Origin: Aeropyrum pernix K1
Lineage (GTDB): Archaea > Thermoproteota > Thermoprotei_A > Sulfolobales > Acidilobaceae
Reading direction: 5' to 3'
DNA length: 32,000 nt
Assembly: GCF_000011125.1 (NCBI RefSeq)
Contig: NC_000854.2
Location: 510,001-542,000 of the forward strand
Shown: piece after piece, positions 1 through 9,489 of the stretch
Layout: every line of letters begins with the position of its first letter
Position numbering within the stretch: the first letter of the stretch is position 1
The notes under the pieces: model-generated
Database searches by the model: none
Seen by the model: only the letters and a program-made list of their open reading frames with translations
Told to the model about the DNA's origin: nothing
Made by a program: the position numbers and the translations under genes

Positions 1-1
1 G

Positions 2-844
2 ATGCCGGGCTGTGTGGAGACGGAGTTCGGCCCTTACAGCCCGCCGAACCTGGATCCGGCGTCATCCAGCGAGGCCGGATTGAAGTGTGCCCAACCGCGT
101 GGAGGCGGTGGCGAAGGGTCTGTGGATGCTGGAGGAGCGGTCTTAACCCTAAACTGGGTGCGGAGGATCGGCGGCCTCACCGTAGGCGGGTCGGAAGGCT
201 TCACCGCCGTAGCCTCCGGGGACGCGGCCCTAATAATACCACACGGCAGCAGCGTCTCAGTCACCCTCCGCACCCCCGCAGCTTCATACAGGGTGGGTAT
301 GCTCTATGGCCTGGCTTTTGAGGAGCCTGTGCTGGGTGGTGAGTATTTCGGCAACCTCATTGTGCTATCGGGCCCGGGGCTGGAGGTTTCTATAGCCTCG
401 CCAGCCGGGGCCAGAGTGAGCCTCGCCCCCGGTGTTGTTGAGGTTTACACTCGAGAGGCCTTCGCCCTCGTAGGGGAAGGCGTCTCTAGGGGGTTCAAGG
501 CCCTGGTTGAACTGCTGTACAGCTACAGCTTGCTCGACAGGGCTCCGGCCAGGATAGGTAACTTCTACTCTGTAAAGAGCTTCGCCTACATAACCAGGGT
601 TGACGGCCGTGCTATAGAGTTTAAGGCGGCCGCCCTCAAGGGGGCTGGAGGCGGCACGGTCTACCTAAACCCGCCGTTCAGGAGTAGGCTGGTGAAGGTT
701 GAGACGCTCCTCGGCGAGACTGAGATGCCCGGGGGGCCCAGGGTAAGCGTACCGGTTGCAGAGTGCGGCTGCGCGAGGGCTAGGATACACGCTAGCGGGG
801 GCTTGCTAATGAGAATGGTGGAAAGGAGAGGGCCCGGCCTATAG
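2..844 (+). CDS. Hypothetical protein, possibly DUF432-like; 5' end uncertain because the ORF runs up to the window edge
   Basis: Long ORF (280 aa) convergent with the PDO gene. The N-terminal part (MPGCVETEFGPYSPPNLD...) looks non-canonical, so the true start may be internal or upstream. Family assignment is tentative. Confidence 0.5.
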   Translation: MPGCVETEFGPYSPPNLDPASSSEAGLKCAQPRGGGGEGSVDAGGAVLTLNWVRRIGGLTVGGSEGFTAVASGDAALIIPHGSSVSVTLRTPAASYRVGMLYGLAFEEPVLGGEYFGNLIVLSGPGLEVSIASPAGARVSLAPGVVEVYTREAFALVGEGVSRGFKALVELLYSYSLLDRAPARIGNFYSVKSFAYITRVDGRAIEFKAAALKGAGGGTVYLNPPFRSRLVKVETLLGETEMPGGPRVSVPVAECGCARARIHASGGLLMRMVERRGPGL

Positions 845-1570
845 CTCCTCCGCCTCTCCAGCCCTTATGGGCCCCTTGACGGTTAGCCTACCCTCCGCCG
901 CGCTCTTCACGTAGTCCAGGAAGTCCTCCTCGTAGGGCACGCCGACGAAGACTAGGTAGCCGTTTATCGCAATGCTAGGCACGCTCATGACCCCGTACTT
1001 GTCAGCTATATCCGGGTTCTCGTAGGCCTCCACCGCCTCCGAGAGTATGACGGGATTGCCCTGCTTCCACGCCTCATACGCGAACATGTGGGCGAGGAGC
1101 ACTGCGTAGGGGCAGTAGGGGCAGCTCGGCGTGATTATAGTCTCTATGTGAACCCTCCCCTTCAGGCTTTTTAAAGCCTCCTTCGTAGCGTCCTCAAGCC
1201 CTGACTCATCCTCGCTGAGCCTCATTATCACCTCGACTAGAGCCCTGATCTCCTCGCCAGCCGGTATGCCCGTCCACCTGACTTCGCCCCCCAGGAAGGC
1301 TACTGTGGGCACCCTCTCAACCTTAAACTCTGAAAACTTGTCACTATCGCTCTCCCTGTAGTATACGTTAAGCTTAAGCAGTTTCCCCCCATTCCTTGTA
1401 GGAGACTCCTCCTCGAAGAGCTTCATGAGGCGTAGCGTGTCCTCGCAGGTCTCGCACCCGCTCTTAGACAGGAAAACATGAACCTCGACAGGGTTCACCA
1501 TCTCGGCAAGCGTCTCCCTAAGCTCTCGCCTAAAGTCTTCCGACAGGTCAAGCACGTAATACCTAGCCAT
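839..1570 (-). CDS. Protein disulfide oxidoreductase (PDO, glutaredoxin/thioredoxin-like, two fold units)
   Basis: 243 aa with two CxxC motifs (SGCETCED and SCPYCPY) and two thioredoxin-like cis-Pro regions (ERVPTVAF, MSVPSIAI). Confidence 0.93.
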   Translation of the reverse strand: MARYYVLDLSEDFRRELRETLAEMVNPVEVHVFLSKSGCETCEDTLRLMKLFEEESPTRNGGKLLKLNVYYRESDSDKFSEFKVERVPTVAFLGGEVRWTGIPAGEEIRALVEVIMRLSEDESGLEDATKEALKSLKGRVHIETIITPSCPYCPYAVLLAHMFAYEAWKQGNPVILSEAVEAYENPDIADKYGVMSVPSIAINGYLVFVGVPYEEDFLDYVKSAAEGRLTVKGPIRAGEAEEL

Positions 1571-1793
1571 CGCCCATCTTCCTCCTCATTCACGCTATAT
1601 ATCAAAGCCCTAATCAAGCCATCTTATACCTAAAGGACTTATCTTTTGATATAGTAAAAACGGGTCTACGATGGTGGGCTCTCCGACTGGGACACTAGGG
1701 GGGCCCGGTATATAGGCAAGGATTTATAATGACTCTACGCACTTTTCTTAAACATGGGTTAAAGAGCGGCTCTTCTAAGCGGGATGGTGGGTC

Positions 1794-2183
1794 ATGCACC
1801 AGAAAATAGAACTACCCTGTGAATATGCAGCTAAGAATATATTCCCGTCGATACGTGCAAGCATAGCAAAGATACTAGTAGAGGAGTATAAGATGAGCAA
1901 GTATAGCGTTGCTAAGATGCTTGGCGCCACGCCGACTGCCGTTTCATACTATATATCCGGCAAAAGAGGTGAGAAGTTCGTCGACAGGATAATTCGCGAC
2001 GAGGAGATCTACAGCATAGTGCGAGAAGCCGCCTCCCTACTAGTGGAGGCGCACGAGAGGGAGGAGAAGAGTGACGAGAAGGAGCTAATGGGGAAGCTGC
2101 AGGTGTTAATGTGTAAGGCCTGCAGCAGGCTCAACATGCTTGCCCAAAAGTACGGATGCCCTGCCCTTATGTTCACCAGGTAG
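1794..2183 (+). CDS. Archaeal HTH transcriptional regulator (COG2522-like)
   Basis: HTH-like segment SKYSVAKMLGATPTAVSYYISGKRGEKF; Cys-containing C-terminus; GGTGG-type RBS just upstream of ATG 1794. Confidence 0.8.
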   Translation: MHQKIELPCEYAAKNIFPSIRASIAKILVEEYKMSKYSVAKMLGATPTAVSYYISGKRGEKFVDRIIRDEEIYSIVREAASLLVEAHEREEKSDEKELMGKLQVLMCKACSRLNMLAQKYGCPALMFTR

Positions 2184-2299
2184 CGCTTAATCACACACCC
2201 CACATCTAGTTCGTGACGGACTAAAAGTTTGAGATTGGATTAGCTTTGCACGGTAGCAGTGGCAATGGAGATGTTCGCCTAGGCATGGTCCCTAGTTTC

Positions 2300-3247
2300 T
2301 CACCATGCTACAAATCCTGTGTGCTCTCCATGTTCTGGCTGGACTGTTGCTATGCATTCATTCAGGAACTCCTTTATATCGTCAGTAACTATGCTCTCTA
2401 GCTTGCAATTGAGGAACGCGGCTTGACTATTAAAATAGGGTGCGCCCAGTCTGGAGAACAAGGTAACAACAGATCCCCCGTGGTTGAGTTTGTACCCCCT
2501 CATAGCAGGCTCGTGACCCCTTACTATACGCTTAATATTGAGCGATCTTGCCATATGAACTGTCACCCCAGGTCCCCAAAGGCTGCCTACTCCCCGAGGG
2601 TTCGGCGCCCTAATTATGTCAAGCTCTGCTGGGTCGTTCCACAGTATCTCTGCTATAACCTCAGGATCTCCGTCGGAGCCGAGGTAGAGTGCAGGGTCTC
2701 TCGACGCCGTTTCAAGGTTTATAGTCGGTGGGCCTCCGTGGAGCATGAGGAGGGCTCCCTCGACTAGTATGGCGTGGGGCAGGCTGTCGAATAGCTTTCT
2801 TGACAGGCTGTAGAGCCTCCTGCCATCGCTCCCGTAGACTGTCTGGAGGGCTAGGGGGTAGTCGTGCGGCATGGGCTCTAAGCCCTCGGGGGGTTCGTGG
2901 TTGCCCCTGAGCATGACAACTCTCCCTGGGTACTCCTTGGTGAGCCTGCAGAGCCTGTAGATGGTGAGAACCTGGCCCTCAGGAGTGCCACGGTCTATAT
3001 AGTCGCCCAGGAGAAACATGTACCCCCCTCCTTCTAGGGTTTGGAGCGAGCGCTCAACTATAGTGCTGAACGTCGTGTAGTCGCCGTGTATGTCTCCCAC
3101 GATTACTAGGCTGTCACTCCGGTTGAGCCTCAGAAGTATTACCCCACCTCTTTTCTCGAAATACGCAGCCTTGAGCGGCGGCTCCCTTGAGTATAGGGAC
3201 AGGTGTTCCAGACAGTGTGCGAATTCCTCCCTGCTCGGCAGGCTCAA
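2300..3247 (-). CDS. PPP-family serine/threonine protein phosphatase (PP1/PP2A-like)
   Basis: Metallophosphatase signatures GDIHGDYTT, LGDYIDRG, LRGNHE, plus downstream VRGHEP. Confidence 0.93.
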   Translation of the reverse strand: MSLPSREEFAHCLEHLSLYSREPPLKAAYFEKRGGVILLRLNRSDSLVIVGDIHGDYTTFSTIVERSLQTLEGGGYMFLLGDYIDRGTPEGQVLTIYRLCRLTKEYPGRVVMLRGNHEPPEGLEPMPHDYPLALQTVYGSDGRRLYSLSRKLFDSLPHAILVEGALLMLHGGPPTINLETASRDPALYLGSDGDPEVIAEILWNDPAELDIIRAPNPRGVGSLWGPGVTVHMARSLNIKRIVRGHEPAMRGYKLNHGGSVVTLFSRLGAPYFNSQAAFLNCKLESIVTDDIKEFLNECIATVQPEHGEHTGFVAW

Positions 3248-3375
3248 AGCCTCGCCCCAAGCTAAATTGCTTTTAGCCTATTTAAATATTGCTTGGGGAT
3301 ATATCATTAATATGTGGAAACGGTCGGGATGGATTGTGAAGGTCTAGGTGCTGGGCCTTAGCCGGGGGGCAGCTG

Positions 3376-4365
3376 ATGGTGCAGGGTCTGCCAGGGGAGT
3401 TCGAGGACTATCTCTACAGGGTTATAGCTTCGCTATATAGGTATGCTGAGAGGCTTGTGGTTGTAGACTATCCAAGCAGCCCTACCAGGCGGAGTATAGA
3501 CTTAATAGTCAGCCTCCCCGGCTCCAGGGTTGTGCTTATAAAGGCGATCTACGACGCGTCGCTCATATCGAAGAAGGAAGTGGAGGAGCTATCGGCCGTA
3601 GCCAATAGTTTAGGAGTATCGGCCGTCATAATAGCTGAGAGGATGGGTAGGGAGGACCTGCTCACCGGCGTAGTCTACGACAGGTATGGGGTGAATATGG
3701 TTAACCTCGAGACCTTTGAAAACTTTGTCTCTGGAAGGGAGGAGGTGTACGTCACAAGATACAAGGACATATACACTGTTAGCATAAGCAGCGAGAAGCT
3801 TAGGGAGAAGAGGCTGGAGAAAGGACTCAGCCTAGGCCACCTGGCGTATATGCTCAAGACATCCAGAAAGAGCATATACGAGTACGAAAGGGGCGTAATG
3901 TCTCCTTCCGTAGAAAAGGCGGAGAAGCTAGTAGACATACTCGGGGAAGAGATTCTCGAGCCCATAGACATCCTCACCAGCCCTAGGAAGCCGGTTTCTA
4001 AGAGGGACTTCGACAAGCCGGAGGAAGCTCTGGTTGGCGAAAAGCTTCTGGAGCTAGGCTTCAAGGTATCCCACGCAAAAAGAACGGTCGTGGACCTCGT
4101 TGCCGGCAGGAGCGGGGAGGAGGGTGTGGGCAGCAGGATCATGATAGTTGTGAAACGGAGCCGGGAGGGTAGGGAGAGGATGATGAGCAGGATAATGAAG
4201 GGAGTTAAGATGGGCAGCATACTCTCCAGCAGTCTCTACGCTGTGGTGAACAGGGAGGAGAAGAGCCTGATAAAAGACATAGATTATACAAAGACGATCG
4301 TGAAGGACGTTAGAGAATTTATCAACGATGTTAGCAGGGGGAGAGTGGAGGAGAATGAGGAGTAG
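3376..4365 (+). CDS. Putative HTH-type transcriptional regulator, COG1395 type
   Basis: N-terminal nuclease-like/HSDR-like region, central XRE-type HTH (LREKRLEKGLSLGHLAYMLKTSRKSIYEYERGVMSPSVEKAEKL), C-terminal alpha/beta domain. Confidence 0.85.
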   Translation: MVQGLPGEFEDYLYRVIASLYRYAERLVVVDYPSSPTRRSIDLIVSLPGSRVVLIKAIYDASLISKKEVEELSAVANSLGVSAVIIAERMGREDLLTGVVYDRYGVNMVNLETFENFVSGREEVYVTRYKDIYTVSISSEKLREKRLEKGLSLGHLAYMLKTSRKSIYEYERGVMSPSVEKAEKLVDILGEEILEPIDILTSPRKPVSKRDFDKPEEALVGEKLLELGFKVSHAKRTVVDLVAGRSGEEGVGSRIMIVVKRSREGRERMMSRIMKGVKMGSILSSSLYAVVNREEKSLIKDIDYTKTIVKDVREFINDVSRGRVEENEE

Positions 4366-4486
4366 GTTATAGCGGCCCCCTCCGCAAAAATCAAAAGTGA
4401 AACACACTATCCTATAGACTGTAAGTAAAAACGCTCTATACTCTCCTCTCCCAACACACGCATCACATAGTTTTAGTCTTCACACC

Positions 4487-5131
4487 ATGTTTAGTAGAGG
4501 GGCTAGCACCATGCAGTCCAGGGAGCTTCGTGAACAGCTTTTAGGGTGCGTTAAATCTAGGAAGTCTCTGCATGTTACTGGCCCACCTGGCTCGGGTAAA
4601 AGCACCTTCGTTTCCAGGCTAGCGGAGGCATTGCGAGTTAAGGGCTGTAGGCTTGGGGGTTTTATGGCGCCTGAGGTAAGGAGGGGTGGTAGGCGTGTTG
4701 CCTTCAAGATAGTGGATATCGCCAGCGGGGAGGAGGGTTATCTTGCTGTTGCCGACGAGAGTCTTGCGGCGCCGGGTGGTAGGCGTGCGAGGCATGGGAG
4801 ATATCTTGTGCTGGTTGACGAGGCTTGGCGTGTCATGTCCCATGCCATCCGTAATGCCTTTGAGCATGCTGACATCATAATTGTCGACGAGATAGGTCCT
4901 ATGGAGCTCGCGGTTCCAGGTTTTAGGGAGGCGCTTACCGAGATCCTAGATTCCGGGAAGCCGTTGGTAACAGTTTTCCATAGGAGGCTGAGGACTCTAG
5001 ACCCGGGGCTGTATAAGCTGTTGGAGAGGGGCTGTATAGTGTGGCTGGACGAGAGGAATAGAGGCCCTCTTATAAGATTGGTGAGTGAAATTGCCAGTGC
5101 CCTCTCCAATGAGGCTTGCGGTAACTCATGA
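4487..5131 (+). CDS. Nucleoside-triphosphatase, THEP1 family
   Basis: Walker [11 protein letters not shown], Walker B-like [13 protein letters not shown]-terminal HRR; 214 aa. True start may be the ATG near 4511. Confidence 0.88.
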
Positions 5132-6314
5132 GGGTAGGAGTATAATCTACATACCCAGCCCAGAGTACGCTGTAGCCTCTGGTAGGCTAGAGCCCGCGTG
5201 GCTGGAGGTCTTCTACAACCCCGCCATGGAGTTTAACAGGGATGTAAGCGTAGTCGCCGCATCCGCCCTGAGGAGGACGGGTTTGCTGACGAGGTCTGGC
5301 GTAGCGTTCGACGCCCACGCGGGGGTCGGTGTGAGGGGCGTGAGGTATGCTGTTGAGGCGGGTTACGTGAAGGTGATAATGAACGATATAAACCCTAAGG
5401 CTTCAATGCTGGCAGCGCTCAACGCCAGAGCGAACGGTCTAGAGCCGGGCTCCTACATGATATTCAACAAGGAGTCCAACAGCCTGATGTTCCACCTTTC
5501 CAGGGAGAGGCCCACGCCTGTTTCCCTTATAGATATAGACCCCTACGGCTCGCCCGCGCCCTTCGTAGACGCTGCTCTCGCCCTCTCTGGTAAGGGGACC
5601 GTGGTCGCCATGACCGCTACCGATCTTGCCGTGCTCGAGGGAGGGAAGGCTAGGGCGGCGGTGAGGAGGTACATGCTGAGGAGCGTCTCAAAAACTCCCG
5701 TCTCCAAGGAGACCGGGTTGAGGGTGCTCCTGGGGTATGTGGCTAGGGTTGCTGCAGCGCACGACAAGGCTGTGAAGCCGCTGCTGGCATACTATGCGGA
5801 CCATTATTACAGGGTGTATGTGGCGGTGGAGCGGGGGGCTAGGCGGTCCGACTCCATGCTGGAGGAGAACCTTGGCAGGCTAGTCTACTGCCCCGAGACC
5901 GGCGTGGCGCTAGCCCTCTCTTACGCCGAGGACCCCGCTAGCGCGTGTGGCGGATCCTATGTGGTGGCAGCAGATCCTGCTTGGATAGGAAGCCTGGGAG
6001 ACCAGGCTTTCCTTGAGGCTATGCTTAACATAGCGGTTGAGGCGGTATGGTTGGGCACCCGCCCGAGGGTGGAAAAGCTTCTGAACACTCTGCATGGTGA
6101 GGCCCCCCTCTCCCCGAGGAGCATATATGTGTCGCTGACCAGCGTAGCATCAAAGGCCAGAGTGAACACTCCTAAGAAGAGCAAGGTCGTGGAATTGCTG
6201 AGGAGTATGGGGTATAGGGCTGTGGCGACACACTTTTCGGGTGAGGGCGTCAGGACTGACGCGCCTTGGGGTGAGGTGCTGGAGGCTGTTGTGAAACTAG
6301 GCTCTAGCGGATAG
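5109..6314 (+). CDS. trm1: tRNA (guanine(26)-N2)-dimethyltransferase (Trm1)
   Basis: SAM-dependent methyltransferase with [61 protein letters not shown]. The ORF track start is 5085; the internal ATG at 5109 is an alternative start. It overlaps the end of the THEP1 gene. Confidence 0.92.
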
Positions 6315-6321
6315 GAGGCGT

Positions 6322-6687
6322 CTACCTGCCGTGCACCCACTCGTCAATCAGGCGGCAGCTCTCAGGGCTGTAGAAGCCTCCCTCGCCACACTCGTCTATG
6401 TAGGGGCACACGACGCATGGTATGTCGAGTATGGATCCGATGTCGACTATTATGTTTAGCTTCTTCCTATCAGTCGGCTCTGCGGGAAAGAGCCTGTACG
6501 TTTTCCTACCGTTGATGACAACCTGCTCCCTCCGTATTATTCCCTTCCTTGCTAGGCGCAGGACTATACGCGAGCCTTCGCGGCTGTCGAGGCCCAGCAG
6601 CTTCCAGAGTTCGCTCTGCAGTATACCCTCAGTCTGCTTTATGAGTTCTAGCGCACGCTTTTCGTAAACCTCAACGTTTCTAACCAT
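6322..6687 (-). CDS. Winged-helix plus Cys4 (Fe-S type) protein resembling archaeal TFE-beta/RPC39-like factor
   Basis: Winged-helix segment (ALELIKQTEGILQSELWKLLGLDSREGSRIVLRLARKGIIRREQVVINGRKTYRLFP) followed by the C-terminal motif CVVCPYIDECGEGGFYSPESC. The ORF track begins at 6744, but ATG 6687 (MVRNVEVYEKR) is a more likely start. Confidence 0.75.
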   Translation of the reverse strand: MVRNVEVYEKRALELIKQTEGILQSELWKLLGLDSREGSRIVLRLARKGIIRREQVVINGRKTYRLFPAEPTDRKKLNIIVDIGSILDIPCVVCPYIDECGEGGFYSPESCRLIDEWVHGR

Positions 6688-6951
6688 TCCCTGTTGAGCA
6701 CCTCGCCTAGCAGCTCGTGAGGTTCGAGCGTTACCAGTATACATTGAAAAGCGCGAAACTCTATAAATCTTAGTTACATCTAAACCGCGGTATCATTACA
6801 CGGCCGGGGGGAACGATGCCATGTTTCCACGAGGAACCTAAATCCTTGTTTAAATTGTGACCTAGGTGGACGGCTGGAATTCAACTTTTAGCTTATCGCT
6901 GCGTTCTGCTTAATTACTCTACTTTGATTTTAGGTCTACTGGGGTGTTGGG

Positions 6952-8844
6952 TTGAAGGCCTGGGAGATTGCTAGGAAGCCAAGGGTTGTAGTGTATCCTG
7001 GCGACCCGCTGACATATGTGAGGGCCATGATGAGGCGTGAGGAGGAGCCGATAGCTGTTGTTGTTGTTGAGAGTGAGAAGAGCGAGAAGGTTGTAGGCTA
7101 TATTACGTGGAACGAGGTCATACAGGTGACAAGCCACTACTCACACCTGCGCGCCAAGGACGCGATGCTAGATTATCCTGTGGCCTTTAAGGATGACGAC
7201 ATCGGAGATGTTTACAAGAGGATGGTTGAGGAGAAGGTCTACGCCATCCCTGTTCTCGAGTCGAGGGATAACCCAAACCTGGTTGGCGTGGTGACTGTAG
7301 CAGATATAGTTAGGGCTCTAAGGAGGGCGGGCTTCAAGCCTATGGCCGAGACTGTAGCCGAGGTCATGACTGTGGAGGACCTAGACCGCTACCTGGCGGA
7401 GCCGGGGGAGAGAGTTGACAGGGTTTGGAGCGATCTAGTGTATAGGAGGATGCCGGGCAAGATAGTCGTTAGGAGCAGGGAGGAGCCCGTGCCATGGGGT
7501 CTCGTGTCCCCCCGCGAGTTCGTATCGACTAGTAGATGGTTCTTCCATAGGGAGAGCGAGCGTGGGTTAAAGACTGTTGCCAAGGTTAGGAGGATCATGT
7601 TGAGAGGAGTTCCCGTAGCCACGCCTGAGACTCCGATAGAATATGTTGCAGACGTTATGGCGGAGCATGATTACACCGTGTTGCCTGTTATAGATGAGAA
7701 GGAGGGCCGAGTCGTCGGAGTGGTAACTATATTCGACGTGGCAAGGGCCTACATCGAGGGCGCCAAGCCTGGCAGGGTGAGGCCTGTAGCCAGGCCGGTC
7801 GTGCCGATAGAGGTTAAGCCTGAGGAGAGGGTGGCCTACGTTAGCACCGAGAGGATGCTGCAGCAGGTTATGGTTGAGAGGCCGCAGCCGGTGGAGATAG
7901 CTGGTCTCACGGCCTCAGAGATAGCTAGGAGCGAGCTGCCAGCTATCACTGTGAACGATAGCATCGAGCACGCGAGGAGAGTGATGCTCAGGTACAGGTC
8001 AAACTATGTCCTTGTGGTTGACGAGGACGGGAACATAAAGGGGGTTGTGTCTAAGTGGAGTATGCTTAAGGCCATAGGCCTGAGAGGCCCGCTCTGGAGG
8101 AGAAGGGTCTATGACAAGTTCTTCATAGACTTCGTTATGGACACTAATATCGAGAGGATCAAGCCTGATGCTAGTATAGAGGAAGTTGCTCTGAAGATGG
8201 CGTCCTCTAGGAGTGAGGTTGTGATAGTTGAGGGTGATGACGGCAAGCCGATTGGCTTCATAACAAAGGACGATCTAGTGGAGGCATACAAGAGGCTGAT
8301 GGCCGGGCGGTCGAAGGTTGAGAACATCATGACTCCAGGCCGTATAGGCATAGTGCATCCGCACCATAGCCTGTATCATGCCGTAAACAAGATGCACAAC
8401 TTCTACCTCGACGCTTTAACGGTCTACGACGGCCGCGAGGTCATAGGTGTCGTGTCCGCCAATAGACTTCCCTTCGTGGCTTACGAGGACGCTATGGGTA
8501 GGAAGTCTAGAAGGCTGATCTGGGTTAGAAAGCTTGTTAAAGGCTCTGCCAGAAGGGGCAGGTACGTGAAGGTGCTGCCACTGGTGGTGCTCGACGTTAC
8601 AACAGAGCTCAGAGGAGTCTACGTCAGTCCGGACGACGACGTTGTAAAAGCCATAGAGCTTATGGAGAAGTACAACGTGGACGGTATACCAGTCGTTGAC
8701 AAGGATGGACGCGTCCTAGGGGTTGTCACAAAGACCGACGTGGTGAGAGAGCTAGCGAGAACAGCCAGGATAAGGATCGAGAGGGGCCTTCCCACCCGCG
8801 TGGAAGAGAGTAGAAGGGAGGAAGAGGCGGCCAAGGCAGGCTGA
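6952..8844 (+). CDS. Large tandem CBS-domain protein (about 8 CBS repeats)
   Basis: 630 aa with repeated CBS signatures such as YTVLPVIDEKEGRVVGVVTIFDVARA, DGIPVVDKDGRVLGVVTKTDVVREL, VYAIPVLESRDNPNLVGVVTVADIVRAL. TTG start. Confidence 0.9.
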   Translation: MKAWEIARKPRVVVYPGDPLTYVRAMMRREEEPIAVVVVESEKSEKVVGYITWNEVIQVTSHYSHLRAKDAMLDYPVAFKDDDIGDVYKRMVEEKVYAIPVLESRDNPNLVGVVTVADIVRALRRAGFKPMAETVAEVMTVEDLDRYLAEPGERVDRVWSDLVYRRMPGKIVVRSREEPVPWGLVSPREFVSTSRWFFHRESERGLKTVAKVRRIMLRGVPVATPETPIEYVADVMAEHDYTVLPVIDEKEGRVVGVVTIFDVARAYIEGAKPGRVRPVARPVVPIEVKPEERVAYVSTERMLQQVMVERPQPVEIAGLTASEIARSELPAITVNDSIEHARRVMLRYRSNYVLVVDEDGNIKGVVSKWSMLKAIGLRGPLWRRRVYDKFFIDFVMDTNIERIKPDASIEEVALKMASSRSEVVIVEGDDGKPIGFITKDDLVEAYKRLMAGRSKVENIMTPGRIGIVHPHHSLYHAVNKMHNFYLDALTVYDGREVIGVVSANRLPFVAYEDAMGRKSRRLIWVRKLVKGSARRGRYVKVLPLVVLDVTTELRGVYVSPDDDVVKAIELMEKYNVDGIPVVDKDGRVLGVVTKTDVVRELARTARIRIERGLPTRVEESRREEEAAKAG

Positions 8845-8995
8845 AGAACCGCCACACCACACACTTCATCTGTCGGTTTTAATTTTTTCCCACCGCCAAG
8901 ACGTGTTATAGCTTCTATAAACTGCGGCCCTGTAATACCTTAGAATGCCGAAGGAACTGTGGCCTCTGACGGGCAGCCGCCTGGAGGGTTCGAGT

Positions 8996-9397
8996 ATGGC
9001 AGATCGGAGAAGGCAGCGCCGCACTAGCAAGGCTGGTGTAGGGGGAAGGCGTGTTGAATATAAAAGGGTGCCTCTCGGCTTTATAAAGGCTATCGTCAAG
9101 ACGGGCCACGTGGTTGTCGAACCCAGCGAGAAGGTACGGAGAAACCCGCCCCGCGGCAGGTTTCAGGTCCTCCTCGCCGGCGACGGGGAGGTCGGCTATG
9201 TATCAGACGTCATAGGCCCCATAAACTCCCCATTCATAGTTGTCAGGGTTAGAGAAAGGGGTGTTATTGAGAAACTTAGCCCGGGAGCGGAGCTTATCAT
9301 GCTTGTACCCCCCAAGAAACCCCCCAGGAAGGGAGCCCCTCGCAGGGGGTCTTCCAGGGGGCGTAGGGGTTTCAAGAAGGGGAAAGCGAGAGGATAG
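8996..9397 (+). CDS. gar1: H/ACA RNP core protein Gar1-like
   Basis: PLGFIKAIVKTGHVVVEP...VGYVSDVIGPINSPFIVVRV core, and a Gly/Arg/Lys-rich tail. Internal ATG 8996 has an upstream GGAGG; the ORF track start is 8945. Confidence 0.85.
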   Translation: MADRRRQRRTSKAGVGGRRVEYKRVPLGFIKAIVKTGHVVVEPSEKVRRNPPRGRFQVLLAGDGEVGYVSDVIGPINSPFIVVRVRERGVIEKLSPGAELIMLVPPKKPPRKGAPRRGSSRGRRGFKKGKARG

Positions 9398-9489
9398 TGG
9401 GAGAGTCAAGACGCCTATATAAACGGGCTAGGAAGCCAGGCTAAGGCCCTCCAGGCGGCGCCTCTGGCACACTTGATCAACCTCTGCCT

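Noticed and set aside
3675-4220. Minus-strand 181-aa ORF (MLPILTPFIILLIILSLPSRLRF...)
   Set aside because: Lies antisense to the convincing COG1395-type gene; the hydrophobic composition is typical of the reverse complement of charged coding sequence.
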